NCBI GenBank assembly: GCA_963717145.1
Contig: OY970325.1
Location: 4,288,001 to 4,352,000, forward strand
Source of the DNA: an uncultured Armatimonadetes bacterium
Lineage (GTDB): Bacteria > Armatimonadota > UBA5829 > DTJY01
Reading direction: 5' to 3'
Length of the DNA: 64,000 bases
Made by a program: the position numbers and the translations under genes. The stretch's first letter is position 1, and each line of letters opens with the position of its first letter. The notes under the pieces were generated by a model. It was given only the letters and a program-made list of their open reading frames with translations. It did not search any database and had not been told where the DNA came from. Below are positions 41,478 through 50,884 of this stretch, piece after piece.

Positions 41478-41929
41478 GGTGCATTCGAGTTCAGCAGGTC
41501 AGCCTCTCGTTATGCCACGAGAGTGGCTACTCGAGGAGATCGGTTGGGTGGCCTGCGCAGGGTTGGTCAGCCTCTCGATATGCCACGAGAGTGGCTACTC
41601 GAGGAGATCGGTCGGGTGGTCTGCGCAGGGTTGGTCAGCCTCTCGTTATGCCACCAGAGTGGCTACTCGAGGAGATCGGTTGGGTGGCCTGCGCAGGGTT
41701 GGTCAGCCTCTCGATATGCCACGAGAGTGGCGACTCGAGGAGATCGGTTGGGTGGCCTGCGCAGGGTTGGTCAGCCTCTCGATATGCCACGAGAGTGGCT
41801 ACTCGAGGAGATCGGTTGGGTGGCCTGCGCAGGGTTGGTCAGCCTCTCGTTATGCCACCAGAGTGGCTACTCGAAGTAGCCACTCTGGTGGCATAACGAG
41901 AGGCTAACCCACGCTGCGCAAATGCGACC
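41478..41929. repeat. Family C tandem array: five 68-bp units plus terminal fold-back, inside degenerate MITE ends
   Basis: Units start at 41497, 41565, 41633, 41701, 41769 and 41837; 31-bp perfect hairpin at 41841-41905. Confidence 0.95.
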
Positions 41930-41984
41930 GCAGACCGGATCGCAGTTGACAAACGACCCTCCATGCCTATAGAGTTTGACTGAT

Positions 41985-44645
41985 ATGAACGAAGCAGCAG
42001 TCAGCAGCGGGATACCGGGGCTCGACGAGGTCCTTCAGGGCCTGCGTCCGGGCGACAACGTGGTCTTCCAGGTGGACAATCTGGAGGATTACCGCCATTT
42101 CGTCGAGCCGTTCGTCAGCCGGGCGATCGAGGACGGGCGGAAGTGCGTCTATCTCCGGTTCGCCCCTCACGATGCGGTGATCGAACCGCGTGAGGGCGTC
42201 GACATCGTGAAGGTCGATCCGCGACCGGGGTTCGACCTCTTCAGCGCCAAGGTCCACCAGATCATCGAGGAGAACGGGAAGGGCGTCTTCTACGTCTTCG
42301 ACAACCTCTCCGCACTCGTGGAGGAGTGGGCGACGGATGAGCTGCTGGCGAACTTCTTCCAGGTGACCTGCCCGTTTCTGTTCGAACTGGATACCGTCAC
42401 CTACTTCGCGCTCACCAGGGGTCAACACTCCCACAGCGCGGTCGCCCGCATCCGGGACACGACGCAGATCCTGCTCGATGTCTACCACGTCGGAGGCCGG
42501 ATGTACATGCACCCGCTCAAGGTGTGGGACCGCTATTCGCCGCAGATGTTTCTCCCTCATTCCGCGTCGGACGGCGAATGGGTGCCGGTCTTCCAGAGTG
42601 GAGATGCGGCCGCCCTCTCGTCGGTCGCGAGCAGGGAGCCTCTCGGGGCGACATCCGGCGCCATCGCCCCATGGGAGAGCGTCTACCGCCGGCTGCTCCA
42701 GTACAGCCAGTCGGGCGCAGAATCGCCCGAACTCGATGCCCTCAAGATCGAGTTCTCGCGTATGATCCTCGGCGCGCATCCCGAGTTCAACGAGCTGGCC
42801 GACCGCTATCTCACGCTCGACGACCTCTTCGGCATTCGCAACCGGCTGATCGGCTCGGGACGCATCGGTGGGAAGGCAGCCGGCATGCTCCTCGCCCGCC
42901 GGATCCTGCTTTCCGCCGATGACTGTAGGGGCGTGCCTTGTGCCGCCGGCGACCACCAACCGGGCGGCACAAGGCACGCCCCTACAGCCGTTGACTTCCA
43001 CGACGTTCTGGAGAGCCACGACTCGTTCTACATCGGCTCGGACGTTTTCTTCACCTTCCTCGTGAATAACGATCTCTTCCGCCTGCGTCTGCAGATGACG
43101 CGCTCGTCACAGATCTCGCGCGACGAGTTCGAGGCGGTCGAGGAGCGGTTCCTCGAAGGTAAATTCCCCCATGCGATCATGGAGCAGTTCCGAAGTCTGC
43201 TCGACTACTTCGGCCAGGCGCCGATCATCGTCCGATCGAGCAGCCTGCTCGAGGACAGCTTCGGGAACGCGTTCGCCGGCAAGTACATGAGCGTCTTCTG
43301 CGCGAATCAGGGCAGCCCCGAGGAGCGGATGGAGGCATTCCTGAACGCGGTAAGGCTCGTTTATGCGAGCGCGCTCAACCCGGATGCGCTCTCGTACCGG
43401 CGGCGTCGCGGACTCGGCGAGCGGGATGAGCAGATGGCGATCCTCGTCCAGCGCGTCTCCGGCATGCCGTTCGGCCACTACTTCTTCCCCAGCGCGGCGG
43501 GCGTTGCATTCTCGCGGAACCTCTATGCCTGGAGCGACCGGATCGACCCCGAGCAGGGCGTCATACGCCTGGTCTTCGGGCTCGGCACGCGGGCGGTCGA
43601 GCGGGTGGGGGACTATCCCCGGATGATCGCGGTCAGCGCGCCCCAGCTCAGGCCCGAGATCGGCTACGAGATCGCCAAGTATTCCCAGCGCCAGATCGAT
43701 CTGCTCGACTTGGAGGCGAACGAACTGGTGACGAAGCCGGTTGCCGAGGTACTCTCGGAGGAGAAGTACCCGAACCTGCATCTCCTGGTCTCCGTGCAGG
43801 TCGAGGACCACATCAGCGACCCGATCAGCGCTCATATCGACGGCACCCCGCACAACTGGGTGCTCACGTTCAACAACCTCATCCGCCGCACGGATTTCGT
43901 GAACCTGCTCGGCGAGATGGTTTCGAAGCTGGAGGCGGCATACGGCCACCCGGTGGACACCGAGTTCACCGCCCACGTGGACTCCAAGGGCAAGGTGTCG
44001 ATCAACCTGCTCCAGTGCCGGCCACTCTTCCTGCCCGGATCAGCCGGTCCGGTGGCGATTCCCGACGGCATCTCGCCCGAGCGCACTCTCTTCCGGTCGA
44101 GCCGCATGATCAGCGGCGGCGTGGTGAGGGATATCCGCTACATCGTCTACATCGACCCGAAGCGCTATGCGGCCCAGCCGATCGACACCAAGAAGATGCT
44201 CGGCAGGCTGGTCGGGCGCATCAACGAGCACCCTCAGGTGGTCGAGGGCAAGATGCTGATGATGGGCCCGGGCCGTTGGGGGAGCAGCAACATCGACCTG
44301 GGGGTGAACGTCGGGTACGCGGACATCGACAACACCTCGGTCCTCGTGGAGGTCGCGCGGGAGGAGGCCGGTCAGACGCCCGAGCTTTCGTACGGCACTC
44401 ACTTCTTCCAGGACCTCGTCGAGGCGCAGATCATCTATCTGCCGGTCTACCCGGATGACGATGAGGCGGAGTTCAATGGCGCGTTCCTCGACTACGGCCC
44501 GAATGCCTTGCCCGATTTGCTCCCGGACGCCGAGGGGTTCGAGCATCTCGTGCGGGTGATCGACGTTCCCGCCGCCGCCAACGGGGCGCGCGCCCACGTC
44601 ATCGCCGACCCGCAGGCCCGCAAGGCGATCTGTTTTCTGGCATGA
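41985..44645 (+). CDS. PEP/pyruvate-binding (PEP synthase N-terminal-like) domain protein with KaiC-like N-terminus; in-frame REP insertion
   Basis: SSGIPGLDEVL; IGGKAAG, PIIVRSSSLLED, MAILVQRVSG, GLGTRAV, LLQCRP, GPGRWGS. Confidence 0.85.
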   Translation: MNEAAVSSGIPGLDEVLQGLRPGDNVVFQVDNLEDYRHFVEPFVSRAIEDGRKCVYLRFAPHDAVIEPREGVDIVKVDPRPGFDLFSAKVHQIIEENGKGVFYVFDNLSALVEEWATDELLANFFQVTCPFLFELDTVTYFALTRGQHSHSAVARIRDTTQILLDVYHVGGRMYMHPLKVWDRYSPQMFLPHSASDGEWVPVFQSGDAAALSSVASREPLGATSGAIAPWESVYRRLLQYSQSGAESPELDALKIEFSRMILGAHPEFNELADRYLTLDDLFGIRNRLIGSGRIGGKAAGMLLARRILLSADDCRGVPCAAGDHQPGGTRHAPTAVDFHDVLESHDSFYIGSDVFFTFLVNNDLFRLRLQMTRSSQISRDEFEAVEERFLEGKFPHAIMEQFRSLLDYFGQAPIIVRSSSLLEDSFGNAFAGKYMSVFCANQGSPEERMEAFLNAVRLVYASALNPDALSYRRRRGLGERDEQMAILVQRVSGMPFGHYFFPSAAGVAFSRNLYAWSDRIDPEQGVIRLVFGLGTRAVERVGDYPRMIAVSAPQLRPEIGYEIAKYSQRQIDLLDLEANELVTKPVAEVLSEEKYPNLHLLVSVQVEDHISDPISAHIDGTPHNWVLTFNNLIRRTDFVNLLGEMVSKLEAAYGHPVDTEFTAHVDSKGKVSINLLQCRPLFLPGSAGPVAIPDGISPERTLFRSSRMISGGVVRDIRYIVYIDPKRYAAQPIDTKKMLGRLVGRINEHPQVVEGKMLMMGPGRWGSSNIDLGVNVGYADIDNTSVLVEVAREEAGQTPELSYGTHFFQDLVEAQIIYLPVYPDDDEAEFNGAFLDYGPNALPDLLPDAEGFEHLVRVIDVPAAANGARAHVIADPQARKAICFLA
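42923..42987. repeat. Family E REP doublet in-frame within CDS
   Basis: Arms identical to 18816-18880; different 15-bp spacer. Confidence 0.92.
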
Positions 44646-44688
44646 TGGGGAATGGTTGATGGTTAATTGTCAAGTCCCACCACGTTGT

Positions 44689-46189
44689 GAAAGAGTTCAC
44701 GATCGTTGATAGTGAAGTTTGTCAGGCTGGATCGGTCGCGGGTGTCTGAGGAACGCCCATGAGCATCCGCCGGCATGACTCCATCGCATCTTCGCCGCGC
44801 AAGTGCCATGTCCCGAACAGACTCATGAGCGCCATTCGGGTCTCCGATCCTTTGGCCGAGCGTGTGCCGCCACTCACCTTCCGGGCCGTTACCGCAGGCC
44901 GGATCGCCCGCTCGGCGGCGTTGTTTTCAGACGGCACTTCTGGATGCTCCACAAAGACAAACATCTCCGGCAGGAACTTCTCGATCCGTTCAGCGAGTAT
45001 TCGCTGGGGAACATCCCGCTTCAGATATGGCTTGGCGAGCCGATACAACTCTTCCTCGAATGCGATCCGCTGCTTCTGCCCGGCCTTCGAACCATCGCCC
45101 GAAAATGCCTTCGCGCGCCTGTAGATGGCCTTGACCTTGCCCACCCAGACTGCTACCCCTCTCTTGTCAGGGTTCGCCTCGACGAGCGTTCGCAAGTCCC
45201 GCAGGTAGTGCACCCAGCACCGCTGATGCCGCCCCAAGAGCACGTTGTAACCGCAGTAGAAGTCGCTTACGACTACACCGCCGTAGTCCTCTCCCAGCAC
45301 ATCCTTTGCGACCTCTCCGCTCCGACTCTTGTCTCGGATGAAGTAGCGCACGCGTGGCGTCGAGAAGCTCCAGATGTATCCGTTCCTCCCGTCTTCCCGC
45401 CAGCCGGTCTCATCCGCGTTCACCGCAGGGCTTCCCCGCACCGCATGAAGAAGCTTCTCTACCTCCGACTTCCCCATGGATGCTACCGTATGTAGTATCT
45501 TTGTGATCTCTCCGCGCCCGAGATGCAGACCGTAGAGTGATTCCAGAAGCTTCTGCACACGCTCGACCGGCATTCTACCGACCGTGTGGAGATAGCTCAC
45601 CAGGCTCATCAGCCGGATGCCCACCCGGTGCGTTCCGACTACCTCTCCAGAGAGATCGAGCTTCGGCATATGCCTCTTGTGGCAGACTCCGCAGTACCGT
45701 CCGATCACCCTGTGCTCGATGACCCTGACCGGTGCTATCGGTATCTCGATTACCTGCCGGCTGTGATGCACCGTGCCGCCGGAGAGCTTCCTGCCGCAGT
45801 CGGGACAGATGTCGAGCGCATGCTCCACGATCTCAGTCGGAGTCTCCCTCAGCCGCGCAAACGACTTCTGTCGCTTCTTGCGGTCTTTCTTCTTGCGCTC
45901 GGGCCGGTTTGCCTTCACAAAGGCAGGAATCGTCCTGCCGCCGCCACCGAGCTTGGACCGGAGTTCCTCGTTCTCCTTCTCAAGCGCTCGGACGCGTTCG
46001 GTCAGGGTGTCCATCCCTTCACGCAACTCCAGGACGGCCTGATGCTGCTCTCGGATCGCCTGGTGCTGCTCCAAGACGATGCCGATCAGTTCTTCTCTTG
46101 ATAGGTTGCCGAGATCGTTCACAACCTACCATTCGACAGCCGATCCTGGGGTACTCTTCCTCAGATTATCAATGATCGTGAACTCTTAC
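44689..46189 (-). mobile_element. IS66-family single-ORF element (ISBst12-like group)
   Basis: 23-bp IRs G(T/A)AAGAGTTCACGATC(A/G)TTGATA, 8-bp target duplication CACGTTGT (44681-44688 / 46190-46197). Confidence 0.9.
44722..46122 (-). CDS. IS66-family transposase
   Basis: Coiled coil, CPDCG zinc finger, ADETGW, VSDFY..Y, Q.CWVH..R, NN.AERAIRP....RKVSGG.RS. Confidence 0.95.
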   Translation of the reverse strand: MNDLGNLSREELIGIVLEQHQAIREQHQAVLELREGMDTLTERVRALEKENEELRSKLGGGGRTIPAFVKANRPERKKKDRKKRQKSFARLRETPTEIVEHALDICPDCGRKLSGGTVHHSRQVIEIPIAPVRVIEHRVIGRYCGVCHKRHMPKLDLSGEVVGTHRVGIRLMSLVSYLHTVGRMPVERVQKLLESLYGLHLGRGEITKILHTVASMGKSEVEKLLHAVRGSPAVNADETGWREDGRNGYIWSFSTPRVRYFIRDKSRSGEVAKDVLGEDYGGVVVSDFYCGYNVLLGRHQRCWVHYLRDLRTLVEANPDKRGVAVWVGKVKAIYRRAKAFSGDGSKAGQKQRIAFEEELYRLAKPYLKRDVPQRILAERIEKFLPEMFVFVEHPEVPSENNAAERAIRPAVTARKVSGGTRSAKGSETRMALMSLFGTWHLRGEDAMESCRRMLMGVPQTPATDPA

Positions 46190-47147
46190 CACGTTGTGAA
46201 CGGTAGTTCAGTAAGTCGGTAGGCTCTTTGATAAACAGATCTGGTCTTTGCGCGTACCAATCGCAGACCTTCTCATAGGGTGTCTTGCCACCGATCGCGC
46301 TGTGCTGTCTCCTTAGATTGTAGATGGTCAGCCACTGGTGGAGTCCATCTATCAACTCCGGATATCCAGGATATCTGTGCATCTTGTACGTGCCCTCCTG
46401 GATCAGTCCGTTCATGCGTTCCACCAGACCGTTGGTCTTTGGTGTATACGGCCGGGTGAGCCTGTGTTCAATACCACAGGCTGAGCATACTTCATCAAAG
46501 AAGTGAGGTCTCTTCGCCGGACTGCCCCAACGGCTCCAATTGGCCAGAGTGAACTCTCTACCGTTGTCTGTCAGGATCTTGTGGATCATGAACGGATAGA
46601 ACCACATGCACAGTCCAAGGAAGCCCACTGCGGATTCCTTGGTTAGGTTGTCGTACACCTGGAGGAAGGCTAGCCTTGTTGCTCTGTCTACCGCAACGAA
46701 GCAATACTTCCTCTTGCCCCCGATCTTGGGCAGGTAGAAACAGTCTATGTGAAGGTATCCAGGCAGATACTCTTTGAACTTGCCTGGACTTTCTCTCTTT
46801 TCTTTTTGGTACTGGGGGAGTCTGCTCACCCCTTTTCTGCTCAGTAAGCGATGTATACTGGCGCGTTCTGCATTCGGCAGAACTGTGACTACTGCACGCA
46901 CCAGTGCATCGAGTGCTAGACCTTTGTCCCGGAGCGAGAGGATGATCTCCTCCTCTTCGGGGCTGAATGCATAATGGATCTTCCTGGGCCGACTGCTGCG
47001 GTCTTGCTGGTCACCCCGGGCCTTCCATTTGCAGACTGTTGCCGGCGATACATGGCAGATATCTGCGAGCTTTCTGCAGCTCTTGGGACTCTGCCTGAAA
47101 AACCGCCGTTGCTTCATATTGCTGGTTGCGTTAGAATGGATCTGCAT
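46161..47147 (-). CDS. IS481-family transposase (C-terminus altered by IS66 insertion)
   Basis: M.IHSNAT, PGYLHID, AVDRATR, ILTDNGREF, RPYTPKTNGLVERMN, YN..RQHSAIGG.TP. Confidence 0.92.
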   Translation of the reverse strand: MQIHSNATSNMKQRRFFRQSPKSCRKLADICHVSPATVCKWKARGDQQDRSSRPRKIHYAFSPEEEEIILSLRDKGLALDALVRAVVTVLPNAERASIHRLLSRKGVSRLPQYQKEKRESPGKFKEYLPGYLHIDCFYLPKIGGKRKYCFVAVDRATRLAFLQVYDNLTKESAVGFLGLCMWFYPFMIHKILTDNGREFTLANWSRWGSPAKRPHFFDEVCSACGIEHRLTRPYTPKTNGLVERMNGLIQEGTYKMHRYPGYPELIDGLHQWLTIYNLRRQHSAIGGKTPYEKVCDWYAQRPDLFIKEPTDLLNYRSQRGKSSRSLII

Positions 47148-47364
47148 GCGAGTGGTCTCCTTTTTTGGTTTGGCGATCATCAAAGAGACTACCGCATGCA
47201 CCTCCTTCTTTTCAACCCACGGTGTTCATAATGTCATGAGACTGGACAGTTAATGGTTGATGGGGGACGGGGCAGTCCGCCATCAACCATCAGCCATAAA
47301 CCATTCCCGGCATGGTTGAAGGTTCCCGATTTGCAGGCGGTCAAACACGGTGGAGGTGGTTCTC

Positions 47365-48111
47365 ATGGAACGGAATGGCAAGGCAACGGTAGTGGCGCTG
47401 TATGGGATCGCCGTGATGCTGCTTGTGCTCACGGGCCTGTACGCTCGTAACTCCAGTCCGTCGAACTTGATGACCCGAAGCGGGCGGTCGACCGGGATCA
47501 AGGTGAGCGGGCACTCGGAGATGATGGTCAGCCCCGACATGGCCAAGGTATCGCTCGGCATTGTGACTCGCGAAAAGACCTCGAAACAGGCGGCGGAGAA
47601 GAATGCCGCCATCGCCCAGAGCATTCTGATTGGGGTCAAGAAGGCCGGCGTGGCTGCCAAAGACATCCGCACCACCGACTACTCGATCGATCCGTGGATC
47701 AAGTACACGGGCAACACTTCCCGCCAGCTCGGTTACCAGGTGCAAAACACCATGGTAGTTACCGTGCGCGACCTGGCCAAGATCAGCGATGTCATCGATG
47801 CCGGCGTCAAGGCGGGAGCAAACGACGTGCAGGGAGTGAGCTTCGGCTTTGCGGACGAAGAGGGACTCCGCCGGAAGGCTCTGTCCCTTGCGGTGAAGAA
47901 CGCACAGCAGAAGGCGGATTCCATTGCCAGGACGCTCGGCGTGGAGGCGGGCGAACCCCTCTCCGTCACTGAGGAAGGGGACAATGCACCCGCCTATACG
48001 TACTCTCGGGCACGGCCGATGGAGGCCGCGTTCTCAATCGCTAAGACGCCGATCAGTCCCGGAGAGCAGGAGTTCACCTACGATGTCGAGGTGACCTTCT
48101 CGATCCGCTGA
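47365..48111 (+). CDS. SIMPL (DUF541) domain protein
   Basis: I.VSG......PDMA.V.LG, I.T..YSI.P, GY...N...V.V.D, AV.NA..KA..IA. Confidence 0.9.
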   Translation: MERNGKATVVALYGIAVMLLVLTGLYARNSSPSNLMTRSGRSTGIKVSGHSEMMVSPDMAKVSLGIVTREKTSKQAAEKNAAIAQSILIGVKKAGVAAKDIRTTDYSIDPWIKYTGNTSRQLGYQVQNTMVVTVRDLAKISDVIDAGVKAGANDVQGVSFGFADEEGLRRKALSLAVKNAQQKADSIARTLGVEAGEPLSVTEEGDNAPAYTYSRARPMEAAFSIAKTPISPGEQEFTYDVEVTFSIR

Positions 48112-48187
48112 GCGCACGCAGGAATTCCAGGGGTCTCCGGCAGATAGGGAGTTGGGCGGCAGACCGCCCAATGGGAGGGACCTGAGG

Positions 48188-50884
48188 ATGATTCTGCGTG
48201 CGTTCGTTCCGCTAATAGTGCTGCTGGCAAGTATTCCCGCTGGTGCAGCCATCAAGGAAGGCTTCAGCAGCGGGAATCTGGAGGCTCCGTGGCAGATACA
48301 CTGCTCGGCGGGGAATGCGATCACAATCCGTGACGGTTCCGCCGAGATCAACGCCGACCTCAACACCTACGCCCATCTCTCTCGGCCGCTCGGTGTCGAT
48401 GATGTCACCGTCTCGGCGCGAATCAAGCCGTCGATGCCTGCCGGGGTGACCTGGTGTACCTCCATCTTCCTGGTCTGGGATGGCGGCAACTGGTGTCAGA
48501 TGGGCATGATCTCCGCCCCGGCCGGAGGCAGCGGTTTCTACGCGGTCGAGACCATCGGCGGCAGCACGCTCGAGACCTACCTTTCGGCGTGCGATCTCTC
48601 CAGATGGAGCTACGTCCGCATCCAGCTCGGCACGGACTGCATCCGTTACCTCGCGAGCGACGACGGCAAGGAGTGGAAGTCCCTGCGCGTGATCGAGCGC
48701 CCGGCGGAACTGTCGGGAGCGCCTGCCACCCTCGCAGTCGGCAAGGGATATGGTCGCGGGAAGGAGCCGTTCGCCGTACCGGAGTTGGACAACGACTACT
48801 CCGACCGCGGCCCGAAGGTCGTCTCCCAGGTCGATGATGTCAAGATTGAGCAGACGCCCGTCGGGATGCTGACATTGACGAAAATCGAGCGCCAGATCCT
48901 CGGCGAGGCGGGGGTCGATGCCGTGGGGACCACCGAACTCGCGCGCAAGGGCGACACGACCTACGATCGAATCTCGAAGTACTATCCCCCGATGAAGTAC
49001 CCGAAGGAGGCGGTTGGCGTACCCGAGCATCCGGTCGACATCTGCGTCGACCACCTTGGCCGGCTGCAACTCAACTACAACACGCCGCTGATCGCCCGGC
49101 TCGAGATCGGCGATCCGGCGATCCCGTTCGGCGACGAGACGACCCCGATCGCCCGCAAGCTCCTCGACGGCTGGATCCCGGCCGTGATCCTCACGACTGA
49201 GCACGCCGGCGTGAAGTACGAGCAGACGGTCTTCGGCTGGTCGGAGGGATTCAGCGCCGATACGCCGCTCTTCGCGTATATCCGACTCCGAGCGCGTGGG
49301 AAGGATCTCCCCAAGCAGGTGACGCTCAAATCGGACTCCATCGGCAAGCACTTCGCCTTCCCGCTGATTGACGGCGAGGTCTGCCTCCGAATGCCGTTCC
49401 CGGGCGCGGATGCTCCGCTCCTGATCACCTCTCAGGAGTTCGAGCAGACTCTGGAGCGGTACGCCGACTCCTGGAAAAAGGCCCTCGCGACCGGAGAGCG
49501 AATCGAGGTCCCTGAGAGGAGGGTCAACGATGCGTACAAGGCGTGGTCGGCGTATTCCCTGCTCGACGTGGACAAGGTCAACGGCTTCCCTGAGCCGCAC
49601 GACGGGACCGGCTTCTACGAGGAGATCTACGGCTACAGCGCCGCGCTCTACTGCATCATGCTCGACATGTACGGCATGCACGACCAAGCCGAGCGGTACC
49701 TCGACACGCTCCTGCACTTCCAGCAGCCGGACGGCCTCTACACCCAGAACTTCGGACTGCCGGACACCGGCGGTCTGCTCCTCGCATTGGCTGAGCACTA
49801 CAACTACACCGGCGACAAGGCCTGGCTTCAGCGTGTCTCGGACAACATGGTTCGCGCGGCGGATTGGCTCCTCCGAAGGCGAGATCAAGCGCCGAAGACC
49901 GGGGTCACCCGCGGGATGATCAAGTTCCGCGCGTACTGCGACTACGCCGAGCCGGTGTATGACTACTACGCCGACTCCTACTGCGCGGTCGGACTGGCGA
50001 AGGCCGCCGAGGCGCTCGATGCTATCGGGATGAAGGATCAGGCGCAGAAGTACCGAGCCGAAGCGATCCGATACCGGGCCGACATCATGACCTCGATGGG
50101 ATCCGCTGCGTTCGAGAAAGACGGAATGATGATGCTGCCCTTCGAGCCGGAGACTCATCGCCTGCTCAAGGACAGTCGCTACACCGGTGGCGACTACTAC
50201 GGCCTCGTCGCCTCCTCGATGCTGGAGAACGAGCTTATTCCCGCCGATGACAAGCGCGCGTGGTGGGTGACGGACCTGATGGAGCAGAAGGGCGGACTTA
50301 TCGCAGGCCTCTGCAAGTTCCAGTCCGGAGGCATCGACCACGCGTACACCTACGGCTATCTGCTGACCCAACTCAAGCGGAACGAGGCGCGGAAGGTGAT
50401 CCTCGGCTTCTACAGCATGCTGGCATACGGGATGACTCAGGAGACGTATTCAGGGGTCGAGGTCACAAACGTGGTGACGGGCAACAACTACTGGACGCTT
50501 CCGCACCTCTACTCGAACACGCAGCAGTTGAAGCTCCTTCGAATGATGCTCCTGCGCGAGGACGAGGACTCGCTGCTGATTGGGGATGCCATCCCACGAG
50601 CCTGGCTCGAAGACGGCAAGGTCATACGAGTTGACAAGGCGCCGACACGCTTCGGGGAGGTCTCGTTCACGATCGCTTCACACGTGAGGTCCGGGAGCAT
50701 CGACGTAGAGATTACTTCGCCCGACCGAGTGCCGCCGGATCGCATACGGATCCGTCTGCGCCATCCGAACGAGTCGCCGATTCGATCGGTCACGGTCAAC
50801 GGCCGGCGACACTCCCGGTTCACCGGCGATACGATCGAGTTGCAGGACGCTCGCGGGCCGATGCGCATCCAGGTGAGGTACTAG
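48188..50884 (+). CDS. Secreted six-hairpin glycosidase-like hypothetical protein
   Basis: Signal peptide, beta-sandwich N-terminus, helical region, C-terminal L.....IPR.WL.DG..I.V..APT.FG.VSF. Confidence 0.6.
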   Translation: MILRAFVPLIVLLASIPAGAAIKEGFSSGNLEAPWQIHCSAGNAITIRDGSAEINADLNTYAHLSRPLGVDDVTVSARIKPSMPAGVTWCTSIFLVWDGGNWCQMGMISAPAGGSGFYAVETIGGSTLETYLSACDLSRWSYVRIQLGTDCIRYLASDDGKEWKSLRVIERPAELSGAPATLAVGKGYGRGKEPFAVPELDNDYSDRGPKVVSQVDDVKIEQTPVGMLTLTKIERQILGEAGVDAVGTTELARKGDTTYDRISKYYPPMKYPKEAVGVPEHPVDICVDHLGRLQLNYNTPLIARLEIGDPAIPFGDETTPIARKLLDGWIPAVILTTEHAGVKYEQTVFGWSEGFSADTPLFAYIRLRARGKDLPKQVTLKSDSIGKHFAFPLIDGEVCLRMPFPGADAPLLITSQEFEQTLERYADSWKKALATGERIEVPERRVNDAYKAWSAYSLLDVDKVNGFPEPHDGTGFYEEIYGYSAALYCIMLDMYGMHDQAERYLDTLLHFQQPDGLYTQNFGLPDTGGLLLALAEHYNYTGDKAWLQRVSDNMVRAADWLLRRRDQAPKTGVTRGMIKFRAYCDYAEPVYDYYADSYCAVGLAKAAEALDAIGMKDQAQKYRAEAIRYRADIMTSMGSAAFEKDGMMMLPFEPETHRLLKDSRYTGGDYYGLVASSMLENELIPADDKRAWWVTDLMEQKGGLIAGLCKFQSGGIDHAYTYGYLLTQLKRNEARKVILGFYSMLAYGMTQETYSGVEVTNVVTGNNYWTLPHLYSNTQQLKLLRMMLLREDEDSLLIGDAIPRAWLEDGKVIRVDKAPTRFGEVSFTIASHVRSGSIDVEITSPDRVPPDRIRIRLRHPNESPIRSVTVNGRRHSRFTGDTIELQDARGPMRIQVRY

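Larger units (their letters stand above)
44668..47248 (-). mobile_element. IS481-family element containing a nested IS66
   Basis: TGT...ACA ends, imperfect 24-bp IRs, 6-bp target duplication GTTAAT (44662-44667 / 47249-47254). Confidence 0.88.

Noticed and set aside
41497-41905. CRISPR array or guide-RNA array
   Set aside because: Sequences between the cores are essentially identical, so there are no unique spacers. There are no cas genes in the window, and the core also occurs dispersed and inverted elsewhere.
41479-41907. Repeat-protein ORFs (MPPEWLLEEIG / SRYATRVATRG peptides)
   Set aside because: Simple translations of the family C DNA repeat, appearing in several frames and on both strands; no RBS support.
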